NCBI GenBank assembly: GCA_000043285.1
Contig: BX248583.1
Coordinates: forward strand, 450,001-482,000
Direction of reading: 5' to 3'
Source: Candidatus Blochmanniella floridana
GTDB taxonomy: Bacteria; Pseudomonadota; Gammaproteobacteria; Enterobacterales; Enterobacteriaceae
DNA length: 32,000 nucleotides
This document shows, one piece after another, positions 18,711 to 28,171 of this stretch. A model generated the notes under the pieces. It saw only the letters and a program-made list of their open reading frames with translations, made no database searches and was not told the DNA's origin. The position numbers and the translations under genes are program-made. Position 1 is the first letter of the stretch; each line of letters begins with the position of its first letter.

Positions 18711-20087
18711 ATGTCATATACTATACTTGATCAAATTGTTTTCTATAAAAAAAACTGGATATTAAATAAACAAAAAAAAATATCTATAAATACTTTGAAA
18801 TCTAATATCCAAATTAGTGAACGTAATTTTTACAAATCTATATATAATAATAAAAATAGACCATTTTTTATATTTGAATACAAACCTGCTTCCCCTTCCA
18901 AGGGGATTATTCATCATAATCCTAATCCTATTAACATTGCTCATATTTATAAAAATTATGCTACCATCATTTCTGTAGTAACAGATGAAAAATATTTTCA
19001 TGGACATTTTAATATTCTTACTCAAATACGTAATGTTGTAACTCAACCTATATTATGCAAGGATTTTTTTATTTCAGAATGGCAAGTCTATTTTGCACGA
19101 TTTCACAAAGCAGATGCAATCTTATTAATGTTATCCATAATAGATAATAATATGTATCGTAGACTGACTCATATTGCGCATTCCTTGAACATGGGTGTTT
19201 TAACAGAAATCACAAATGAACAGGAGTTAAATCGAGCCATATTATTAAATGCTAAAGTAATTGGAATCAATAATCGTAATTTACATGATTTATCTATTGA
19301 TTTACATCGAACTATTCATTTAAGTAAAAATATTCCAAATTCAATTATCAAAATTAGCGAATCTGGTATTAATAAATATCATACCATTAAACAACTTCAA
19401 CAATATGTAAACGGATTCTTAATTGGAACAATTTTAATGTCATCCCAACAATTATTATATATGACAATTAATAAATTAATATTAGGAGAAAATAAAATTT
19501 GTGGACTTACAAGAATCGAAGATGCTAATATTTCTTACAAATCAGGAGCGATATATGGAGGACTAATTTTTGTTAAAAATTCTCCACGCTATATAAATAT
19601 GCTAACTGCAACTAATATTACATCTACTGTTCACAATCTATATTATGTTGGTGTATTTTGTAATGAAAAAATTTACAATATCATTAATATAGTAAAAACA
19701 TTAAATTTATCTGTTGTGCAACTACATGGATCAGAAGATCAATCTTATATTAATCAGCTACGTACATATTTACCAAATACTTGTAAAATATGGAAAAGTA
19801 TAAATATGAATATCAAACCATCATCTATGATTAATTTATTAAATGTAGATCGTTATTTATTAGATAATAAAATTGGAGGATCTGGAAAAACTTTTAACTG
19901 GAATAATATAATTAATATCAACATAAATAAATCAATTTTATCAGGAGGTTTAACAATAAACAATTGTTTAAAAGCATCTAAATTAGGTTGCTCAGGATTA
20001 GATTTTAATTCTGGAATAGAAATTCAACCAGGAATTAAAGATCATCAAGCAATCAAAAAAATATTTCAAATATTACGCAATCATTAA
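18711..20087 (+). CDS. trpC: Bifunctional indole-3-glycerol-phosphate synthase / phosphoribosylanthranilate isomerase
   Basis: The 458-aa ORF has an IGPS half (FIFEYKPASPSKG, VVTDEKYFHG, GINNRNLHDLSIDL) followed by a PRAI half (ENKICGLTR, GGLIFVKNSPR, VQLHG, GGSGKTFNW). It has the same architecture as E. coli TrpC(F). Confidence 0.93.
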   Translation: MSYTILDQIVFYKKNWILNKQKKISINTLKSNIQISERNFYKSIYNNKNRPFFIFEYKPASPSKGIIHHNPNPINIAHIYKNYATIISVVTDEKYFHGHFNILTQIRNVVTQPILCKDFFISEWQVYFARFHKADAILLMLSIIDNNMYRRLTHIAHSLNMGVLTEITNEQELNRAILLNAKVIGINNRNLHDLSIDLHRTIHLSKNIPNSIIKISESGINKYHTIKQLQQYVNGFLIGTILMSSQQLLYMTINKLILGENKICGLTRIEDANISYKSGAIYGGLIFVKNSPRYINMLTATNITSTVHNLYYVGVFCNEKIYNIINIVKTLNLSVVQLHGSEDQSYINQLRTYLPNTCKIWKSINMNIKPSSMINLLNVDRYLLDNKIGGSGKTFNWNNIINININKSILSGGLTINNCLKASKLGCSGLDFNSGIEIQPGIKDHQAIKKIFQILRNH

Positions 20088-20123
20088 CATTAATTATTAA
20101 GCAGGATAGTTCAATAAAACAAT

Positions 20124-21320
20124 ATGACACAACAATTACATTCCTACTTTGGAGAATTTGGAGGTATGTATGTACCTCAAATTTTAATTCCAGCTTTAAT
20201 TCAATTAGAAAAAGAATTCATAGAAGCTATGAAAGATATAAGTTTTCAAACAACATTTAAAAATCTTTTACACCATTATGCTGGACGTCCTACCCCATTA
20301 ACCTTATGTCAAAATTTAACATCTGGAACATGTAGTAAATTATATTTAAAACGAGAAGATTTATTACATGGTGGATCCCATAAAACTAATCAAGTATTAG
20401 GACAAGCCTTATTAGCAAAACGTATGCATAAAAAAGAAATTATTGCTGAAACAGGAGCTGGTCAACATGGAGTAGCTGTTTCCATTGCTTCATCGCTATT
20501 AAAATTAAAATGCCGTATTTATATGGGTTATAAAGATATGAAACGTCAAGAACTCAATGTCTTACGAATGAAATTAATGGGAACTCAAGTCATACCAGTC
20601 CATCATGGATCTGCTACTTTAAAAGATGCTTGTAATGAAGCAATACGAGAATGGTCAAGCACCTATAAACATACACATTACATGATAGGAACAGTAGCTG
20701 GCCCTCATCCATTTCCTACAATAGTTAAAGAATTTCAACGTATTATAGGATCAGAAACCTATAATCAAATTCAAACACATGAAAAAAAGTTACCAGACGC
20801 TGTGATTGCTTGTATAGGTGGAGGATCTAATGCAATTGGCATATTTTCTGGTTTTATAGATATTCCATCGGTACAATTATTAGGAGTAGAAGCAGGAGGA
20901 TTAGGTTTACACACAGAATATCATGGATCTTCCTTACAATGTGGAGAAACAGGTATTTATTTTGGAATGAAATCTCCTATTTTGCAATCTCAAGAAGGTC
21001 AAATTAAAAATTCTTATTCTATTGCTGCTGGATTAGATTTTCCTTCCGTTGGACCAGAGCATGCTTATCTAAAAAAAATTAATCGAGTGAAATATGTATC
21101 CATCAATGATGAAGAAGCAATAAATGCTTTTCAAGAATTATCTTTATATGAAGGAATTATTCCTGCTCTGGAATCTGCACATGCGTTAGCACATGCGCTA
21201 AAAATCATTCGAAAAACACCAAAAAAAAAACAAATTTTGATAGTTAATTTATCAGGACGAGGAGATAAAGATATAATTACAGTGAATAATGCTTTATTAA
21301 ATAAAGAGATATGTAAATGA
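20124..21320 (+). CDS. trpB: Tryptophan synthase beta chain
   Basis: The 398-aa ORF has [13 protein letters not shown], the [18 protein letters not shown]-lysine motif, GAGQHGVA and GGGSNAIG. Confidence 0.96.
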   Translation: MTQQLHSYFGEFGGMYVPQILIPALIQLEKEFIEAMKDISFQTTFKNLLHHYAGRPTPLTLCQNLTSGTCSKLYLKREDLLHGGSHKTNQVLGQALLAKRMHKKEIIAETGAGQHGVAVSIASSLLKLKCRIYMGYKDMKRQELNVLRMKLMGTQVIPVHHGSATLKDACNEAIREWSSTYKHTHYMIGTVAGPHPFPTIVKEFQRIIGSETYNQIQTHEKKLPDAVIACIGGGSNAIGIFSGFIDIPSVQLLGVEAGGLGLHTEYHGSSLQCGETGIYFGMKSPILQSQEGQIKNSYSIAAGLDFPSVGPEHAYLKKINRVKYVSINDEEAINAFQELSLYEGIIPALESAHALAHALKIIRKTPKKKQILIVNLSGRGDKDIITVNNALLNKEICK

Positions 21321-22132
21321 ACCGTTATCAAACAATGTTTAAATCTTTAAATCAAAATAAGCTAGGAGCTTTTGTACCTTTTATTACAATAGGAGATCCT
21401 GATCCTACTACTTTTATACATATTATAGATACATTAATCCAATCTGGTGCTGATGCTTTAGAACTAGGTATTCCTTTTTCTGATCCAGTATCCGACGGCC
21501 CTTCAATACAAAAAAGCATGGAACGTTCTTTTAAATCAGGAGCAAATATATCAAGTTGCTTACAATTAATTAAAAAAATTAGAAATAAATACCCTACCTT
21601 ACCTATAGGATTATTAATTTACGCGAATTTAATTTTTAAAAATGGAATAAAAAATTTTTATGCTCATTGCTCTACATTAAGTATAGATTCGATACTCATT
21701 CCTGATTTACCTATTGAAGAAAGTAGTCTATTTTATAATTCTGCTATGTATTATCAAATAGCGCATATTTTTATTTGTCCAACTAATGCATCTTTAGATC
21801 TTATAAAAAAAATTACCGATAAAGGTATTGGATATATTTATCTATTATCTAGATCAGGTATCACTGGTATAAACAATACTGAATTCAATAAAATTAAATT
21901 AAACACATTAATTTACAATATTAAACAATGTAACCAAAAATTGCCAATATTACAAGGATTTGGAATATATTCTTCAGAACAAGCACGTAGTTCGTTACTA
22001 TCAGGAACATCTGGAATTATATCAGGATCCTGTATCGCAAATATTATAGAAGAAAATCATCCTAACATAGATCTATTACTAGAAAAAATACGAAAATTTA
22101 CACATTTAATGAAAATAGCTATGAAACTGTAA
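21317..22132 (+). CDS. trpA: Tryptophan synthase alpha chain
   Basis: The 271-aa ORF has [30 protein letters not shown] and GFGI. Its ATG overlaps the trpB TGA (ATGA, 4-nt overlap), consistent with translational coupling. Confidence 0.95.
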   Translation: MNRYQTMFKSLNQNKLGAFVPFITIGDPDPTTFIHIIDTLIQSGADALELGIPFSDPVSDGPSIQKSMERSFKSGANISSCLQLIKKIRNKYPTLPIGLLIYANLIFKNGIKNFYAHCSTLSIDSILIPDLPIEESSLFYNSAMYYQIAHIFICPTNASLDLIKKITDKGIGYIYLLSRSGITGINNTEFNKIKLNTLIYNIKQCNQKLPILQGFGIYSSEQARSSLLSGTSGIISGSCIANIIEENHPNIDLLLEKIRKFTHLMKIAMKL

Positions 22133-22836
22133 AAAACATGTAATATTATTATTATTAAATAATATCTTCACACGCATTAGTAAAAACGAATTATATAAAA
22201 TTAACAATGATATTAATGCAATAAATATGTATTAGTTACTTGTATTATATAACAATAATTTGATTAATATTAGTAATAATTAACATCAATCATAATATTA
22301 TTAACAACAGCATAACAATTTGCATATATCCAAACAAATATGTATTAGATGATATCTAAACAACAATATTTATATTGCGCTCTAACCACAACAATATATC
22401 ATAACACTTACTGTTAATTTTAATAAATAATAATTCTATACTGATCCTACTACTATCATTTCGCATTATATTTTTTATAACTATAAAATTAAAAACTCAT
22501 TTAATAATTATTCTAAATATCATTTGATATTAACATTATTTAATTTCTAACCATTATTACCATAAATAAAAACTATATTACATAATAAAAAAATACCAAA
22601 ATAAAATTGATATTCGTAATATTAATAAATAATATCAACAACTACTCTATAAATAATAAAGTATCTCAATTCTTTTTAAAGTTATTCATTATTTATTAAA
22701 ACTAATTCCTTATAAACAAATATAATACAATCAAATATTTCAAAAATTATATGAATAATATTCCACTTGTATAATCATCTAAATTACTAACAAGAAATTT
22801 TATATAAAAATATATTTTAATAAATATCATTATTAT

Positions 22837-23565
22837 TTAATTTTCCAAAAATTGTATAGTATTTAAAGAAAATTTAAAAATAATAATTAAATCTTTTTTA
22901 GCATTATCAACTGCATATATCCAACGACGCATAGCTATTTTAATATTTTTTTCAAAAATTCCTAACGGAATAGAAGATATTATCCGTATTTTCTCAACTT
23001 TTCCTATATGATTAATATCATACATTACAACTACTCGACCCTCTATGCTTAATGCTTTAGCTTCTTTAGGATATTCAGGATATACATACTTAATAAGATT
23101 AGGTCGTTGATTCCTTATATCAACAGTATTAATAGAATTAGTAGTAATAGGTGAAGAACATTGAAAATCAGTATCATGAACATCATGAATAATATTATTT
23201 TGATCAATTAAAATATTTTCAAAATCTATTGCATGTGCAATGTTATTAACATCTTTTATATCTGGATTATTAACAAATATTGGAGTTGATAAAATCTGTT
23301 TAGTTTCAACTAAAGGTTGAGTTTTATCAGATGAAAAACGATCATATAATTTCTTATCTTCAACAATACTACTTGTTGTAGGTAATAAAAATGTATTTGT
23401 AACATGATCATAAGTATTATACAAAGAAATATGATCTATGCTGTCATCATATATACAATGTATTAATAATATTATCAAAAACACATGTAAAATACAGGAT
23501 GATACAACAATAAAAAATATAAAAACAGTTGATTTTAAACAAATATTTTTATTACTATTTATCAT
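22837..23565 (-). CDS. tonB: TonB energy transducer (N-terminal anchor and C-terminal domain conserved; proline-rich spacer lost)
   Basis: The C-terminus YPEYPKEAKALSIEGRVVVMYDINHIGKVEKIRIISSIPLGIFEKNIKIAMRRWIY matches the E. coli TonB C-terminal domain (YPARAQALRIEGQV...FEREVKNAMRRWRY). The N-terminal transmembrane helix carries SxxxH (SCILH). I place the start at ATG 23565 (MINSNKN...) by alignment; the longest ORF begins at 23616. Confidence 0.75.
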   Translation of the reverse strand: MINSNKNICLKSTVFIFFIVVSSCILHVFLIILLIHCIYDDSIDHISLYNTYDHVTNTFLLPTTSSIVEDKKLYDRFSSDKTQPLVETKQILSTPIFVNNPDIKDVNNIAHAIDFENILIDQNNIIHDVHDTDFQCSSPITTNSINTVDIRNQRPNLIKYVYPEYPKEAKALSIEGRVVVMYDINHIGKVEKIRIISSIPLGIFEKNIKIAMRRWIYAVDNAKKDLIIIFKFSLNTIQFLEN

Positions 23566-23938
23566 AAAATTAACATGTTGTAACATTATCTTATAAAAGA
23601 GTACAATTAAAATCACGCATCAAGTAAACATATATTACTTAAAAATAATACTTGATAATCATTATTGATATATATAAATTTTAAAATTATTAATTATCAA
23701 AAAATTCATTCTATAATTATAACTATTCATATCAACCAATTAAAATCAATTTATATACAACAATGAAAATAAAAAAATAAAAAAATTTATATTTATATAT
23801 GCAATATATAAATTATTTTAAATAACAAGTATTACATAATAATCAATATTTCAATCATGAATACATCACCCCAATTGAAATGTATATAATGTTATAACTC
23901 ACATATATAATCAAATTAATAATAATCTATTATTTAAA

Positions 23939-25426
23939 ATGAGGCGTAAAATGACGCTAACGATTTACAGTATACTGAATTATACTTTTATATGTAGTTA
24001 CTGGATATTAACCATTATAATAATAATTCGAGTGTTAATAAAACGTCGAACTGTATCATCCTTTATGGCGTGGTTATTAACAATCTATATTGTACCATTC
24101 ATGGGAATTATTCTATACTTATTATGCGGAGAATCTAATCTTGGTAAAAAACGATCACTTAGAAGTAAGATAGCACAATCCACTAGCATTCGTCGTATAC
24201 AAGAACTCAAAAACCATAAACATATATTCTCAAATAAAAACAGTAAAATTGCTTCTTCTTTATTTAAACTATGTGAACTTCGACAAGGAATAGGAGCATT
24301 AAAAGGTAACCAAATACAATTATTCAAAAAAATCGATAATACTCTTGCATCTTTAATAAAAGATATAGATTTAGCCAAACACAATATCGATATGGTATTT
24401 TATATTTGGGAACCTGGTGGACTAGTAGATCATATTGTAACTAAATTAATTATCGCTGCTCAACGAGGTGTAAAATGCCGTTTAATACTAGATTCTGTTG
24501 GATGTATAAATTTTTTTAATAGTTCATATCCAAAAATACTAAAAAAAGCTGGAATAAACATTGCCGAAGCACTACATATTAATTTATTACGAATATTCTT
24601 CAGGCGTATGGATTTAAGACAGCACCGTAAAATGATATTGATTGACAATCATATTGCTTATACTGGTAGTATGAATATGGTCGATCCGAAATTATTTAAA
24701 CAAAATATTGGAGTTGGTCAATGGATTGATATCATGATTCGTATAGATGGCCCCGCAACCACAGTTATGAGAATAATTTTTGAATTTGATTGGGAAATAG
24801 AAACAGGGGAACATATTGTTCCTGTATTATCTAGTTCTCAACATTTAATGCAACAAAAAACTACCTTAATATCAACTGGTCACACCATTCAAATTATTCC
24901 TTCGGGGCCAGGTTTTCCAGAAGGAATAATTCATCAAGTACTCATTACATCATTATATAAAGCTCGTAAACAATTAATTATCACAACACCATATTTAGTA
25001 CCCAGTGATGATTTATTATATGCTATTTGTGCAGCAGCTCAAAGAGGAGTAAAAGTACATATCATTATTCCAAAAAACAACGATTCTGTATTAGTTAATT
25101 GGGCAAGTCGAGCTTTTTTTAGTGAATTATTAGACGCTGGAGTATTGATTCATCGATTTCAAAAAGGATTATTACATGTAAAAAGTATACTAATTGATCA
25201 TCAACTCAGTTTAATAGGTACCGTAAATTTAGATGTTCGTAGTATATGGTTAAATTTTGAAATTACTTTATTAATCGATAGTAAACTTTTTAATAAAGAT
25301 TTAGAAAAAATACAATTAGACTATATTGCCCATTCAAAACTAATTGATGCACAAAAATGGTCAAAACGACCTTATTGGAAACGCATTATTGAACGTTTAT
25401 TTTATTTCTTCAGTCCTTTATTATAA
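23939..25426 (+). CDS. clsA: Cardiolipin synthase A
   Basis: The 495-aa ORF has two HKD motifs ([18 protein letters not shown]; [18 protein letters not shown]), [18 protein letters not shown] and the [12 protein letters not shown]-terminus identical in style to E. coli ClsA. An alternative start is ATG 23951. Confidence 0.95.
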   Translation: MRRKMTLTIYSILNYTFICSYWILTIIIIIRVLIKRRTVSSFMAWLLTIYIVPFMGIILYLLCGESNLGKKRSLRSKIAQSTSIRRIQELKNHKHIFSNKNSKIASSLFKLCELRQGIGALKGNQIQLFKKIDNTLASLIKDIDLAKHNIDMVFYIWEPGGLVDHIVTKLIIAAQRGVKCRLILDSVGCINFFNSSYPKILKKAGINIAEALHINLLRIFFRRMDLRQHRKMILIDNHIAYTGSMNMVDPKLFKQNIGVGQWIDIMIRIDGPATTVMRIIFEFDWEIETGEHIVPVLSSSQHLMQQKTTLISTGHTIQIIPSGPGFPEGIIHQVLITSLYKARKQLIITTPYLVPSDDLLYAICAAAQRGVKVHIIIPKNNDSVLVNWASRAFFSELLDAGVLIHRFQKGLLHVKSILIDHQLSLIGTVNLDVRSIWLNFEITLLIDSKLFNKDLEKIQLDYIAHSKLIDAQKWSKRPYWKRIIERLFYFFSPLL

Positions 25427-25604
25427 TAAAATATATAATTAATACACTTACATACGATACTGCATAATTAGTTTAAAAATCAATAAAATCAATATATTAT
25501 ATTGTAACAATTTAATTACTGATCTAATTATATTGATATATTATCGTAATATAAAATTTATTGTAATTATATAACAATTATTTTATATAAAACCATAATA
25601 CACT

Positions 25605-26183
25605 TTAATTGTATTTTTTATGAAAATGTTTACGACATACCGAAACATATTGATTATTATCTCCAAACATTATCTGAGAACCTGCTCTTATCACACAACC
25701 GTTATTATCTATCCTTAAAACTCTATTAGCTTGTCGACCACAATAACAAATAGTTTTCAATTCAATTAACTTATCTGCCCAAGCTAACAACCATAAACTC
25801 CCAGAAAATAATTTAGATTGAAAATCTGTACGTAATCCATAACATAATACTGGAATATTTAATATATCCACTACTTTTGTTAAATCAATTACTTGATTAC
25901 GATTAAGAAAATGACATTCATCTATCAAAATACAATGTATCTTTTTTTCTTTATTTACTATTGATATTTGTTTAAATAAATTTGTTTTACCGTTAAAAAT
26001 TCTAGCAGAACTAGTTAACCCAATTCGAGATCGAATATATTTAATATCATTTTTTTGACATACCACCGCAGCGGTATATAATAAAGTTCGCATACCCCTC
26101 TCTTGATAATTATAAGAAGATTGCAAAAGAGCAGTAGTTTTACCTGCATTCATTGCAGAATAATAAAAATACAATTTTGACAT
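25605..26183 (-). CDS. tdk: Thymidine kinase
   Basis: [33 protein letters not shown]..., ..LCYGLRTDF.. and ..YVSVCRKH are collinear with E. coli Tdk (P-loop and Zn-ribbon cysteines present). Confidence 0.95.
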   Translation of the reverse strand: MSKLYFYYSAMNAGKTTALLQSSYNYQERGMRTLLYTAAVVCQKNDIKYIRSRIGLTSSARIFNGKTNLFKQISIVNKEKKIHCILIDECHFLNRNQVIDLTKVVDILNIPVLCYGLRTDFQSKLFSGSLWLLAWADKLIELKTICYCGRQANRVLRIDNNGCVIRAGSQIMFGDNNQYVSVCRKHFHKKYN

Positions 26184-26437
26184 AAATCATTATCCTTTTA
26201 AAAACAATTAATCATTATTCTCCTTAATATAGTATATTTGATGATTATCACTACATACAATAAGTGCATATTTATATATTAATAACTATTATAATTAAAA
26301 TATAATAATATATTGCCAAATAATTTTACTACATTAAATATAATATGCTAAATATATAATTAATAATAATACTATATATTTAATTATTTTATTAATAGCA
26401 GCAATATTGTGACTATTAGGACTATATCAATAAAAAA

Positions 26438-26832
26438 CACTTTAAAATATTTGATAATATACACGTCTTAAAAGCTCAAGCCAAAAATATACTCTTAAAA
26501 AATTATAGAAGCAACACTAGAAAAATTAAAAATAGCAATTAACGCATAACGGAAAAGAAAACAATCATACTCAATCGAAAATTAAAAAACGATCCTAAAA
26601 CATTACAATAACATCGAGCTATATTAATAATAGATAGGTATAGAACTACTAATTTATTATTAAATATACATTGCACTGCTAAATCATTAAAAACAAGCGT
26701 ATAATGAGACTAACAAAGTCAATATATCAATCAACATAATGAAATTGGAACTTAGACTTAGCCCAAGGACATATTCCTTATATCATAAAATATACCGTTT
26801 ATAAAAAAGAAAAGAATTTTTATTTAAAAAAT
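26438..26832 (+). pseudogene. hns: Eroded relic of the nucleoid protein gene hns (no start codon, at least 2 frameshifts, at least 5 in-frame stops)
   Basis: Hand translation gives three collinear segments in different frames that align to E. coli H-NS:
- FKIFDNIHVLKAQAKNILLK against [20 protein letters not shown].
- IIEATLEKLKIAINA*RKRKQ against [20 protein letters not shown].
- KNKRIMRLTKSIY...W....QGHIPYIIKY against [13 protein letters not shown]...[14 protein letters not shown].
The relic lies divergent from tdk, exactly as hns does in E. coli. Confidence 0.6.
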
Positions 26833-27240
26833 ATTATATACAACTATAATACTAGCAAATATTATTTTATTTAAACTATATATAATATAGAGATATATAT
26901 AACATATTAAATGTTAGAAATAATATTATTATTACAATAATTAACTATTTTATATATTTAATAATACAAAAAACATAAAATAAACTTAGAAATAAATACA
27001 AATACACTTGTAATATAAATAATTTAATAATCAAATTTAATCATTTTTTAATAAAAACCTAATCAATGATTCATATTATATTCCAACAATAAACATTTAA
27101 ATAATTTTATTATTTACAATATAAATTAACAAAATTTATTGATTCAAATAGAATGATTAATATATAATTTTTAAATAAAATAATTTATTACTTAAATATT
27201 TCCATAAATTTAATATAAAAATTTATCATATCAAAAAAAT

Positions 27241-28044
27241 ATGAGATTTGTTTCATTTAATATTAATGGATTAAGAGCTCATATGCATCAGCTTGATGCT
27301 CTTATTACACAACTAAAACCTGATGTTATTGGATTACAAGAAACTAAAGTACACGATGATATTTTTCCTGTAAAAATAATTGAACAATATGGATATTACG
27401 TACATTTTTATGGACAAAAAAAATATTATGGAGTAGCTTTTTTGTTTAAATATCCTCCGATAACTGTTACTCAAGGTAATGTGTATGATTCTCTTTCGTC
27501 TCAAAAAAGGACTATTATTGCTCAAATAGTTACAAAAATAGGAATTTTAACAATAATTAATTGTTATTGTCCACAAGGAGAAAATTATCATTCCAATAAA
27601 TTTCTATTTAAACGTCAATTTTTTCAAAATTTACAGCACTATATAGAAAATACTTATAACAATCAGTCAATACTATTAATTATGGGGGATTTAAACATTA
27701 GCCCCACTGATTTAGATGTAGGTATAAGCGAACAAAACAAAAAACGATGGATTAAATCAGGGAAATGTTCTTTTCTTCCAGAAGAAAGATCGTGGATACA
27801 TTCTCTAATGAAATGGGGATTAATAGATATTTATCGTAAAAATAATCCATATAATAATAAACGATATTCATGGTTTAGTTACAAATATGACGGATTCCAT
27901 AAAAATAAAGGGTTACGTATTGATTTAATTTTAGTCACACAACCACTAGAAAATCTTTACATAAATGGTGATATTAGTTACGATATCCGAGGTATGCCAA
28001 ATTCATCTGATCATGCTCCAATATGGGTTGATTTTGATATTTGA
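27241..28044 (+). CDS. xthA: Exodeoxyribonuclease III
   Basis: MRFVSFNINGLRAHMHQL...DVIGLQETKVHDD...GDLNISPTDLD...KCSFLPEER...SDHAPIW is collinear with E. coli XthA. The gene ends with TGA. Confidence 0.95.
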   Translation: MRFVSFNINGLRAHMHQLDALITQLKPDVIGLQETKVHDDIFPVKIIEQYGYYVHFYGQKKYYGVAFLFKYPPITVTQGNVYDSLSSQKRTIIAQIVTKIGILTIINCYCPQGENYHSNKFLFKRQFFQNLQHYIENTYNNQSILLIMGDLNISPTDLDVGISEQNKKRWIKSGKCSFLPEERSWIHSLMKWGLIDIYRKNNPYNNKRYSWFSYKYDGFHKNKGLRIDLILVTQPLENLYINGDISYDIRGMPNSSDHAPIWVDFDI

Positions 28045-28082
28045 CACAATTATAATTGTTACATAAAGCAACACAATACTGG

Positions 28083-28155
28083 TCAATTAATTTAATGTAA
28101 TCCAATGATTATATTATGAAATAATATAATCATTGGATTACATTAAATTAATTGA
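28083..28155. repeat. Perfect 35-bp inverted repeat with 3-nt centre (73-nt hairpin/cruciform) between xthA and sppA
   Basis: TCAATTAATTTAATGTAATCCAATGATTATATTAT-gaa-ATAATATAATCATTGGATTACATTAAATTAATTGA, with all 35 pairs checked by hand. It starts 38 nt after the xthA stop and ends 16 nt before the sppA ATG. There is no flanking U-tract on either strand. Confidence 0.9.
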
Positions 28156-28171
28156 AACTAAAAATCAAATT

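Noticed and set aside
21318-21320. Possible reassignment of TGA, as occurs in some tiny symbiont genomes.
   Set aside because: trpB (21318-21320) and xthA (28042-28044) terminate at TGA, collinear with the E. coli C-termini. Conserved Trp positions use TGG. No in-frame TGA interrupts any conserved gene.
28133-28171. N-terminal extensions implied by the longest-ORF track starts: sppA TTG 28133, gapA ATG 30367, hspQ TTG 7705 and aspC ATG 10588.
   Set aside because: Alignment to the E. coli orthologues places the starts at 28172, 30436, 7762 and 10603. The extensions are low-complexity and, for sppA, lie inside the 35-bp hairpin arm.
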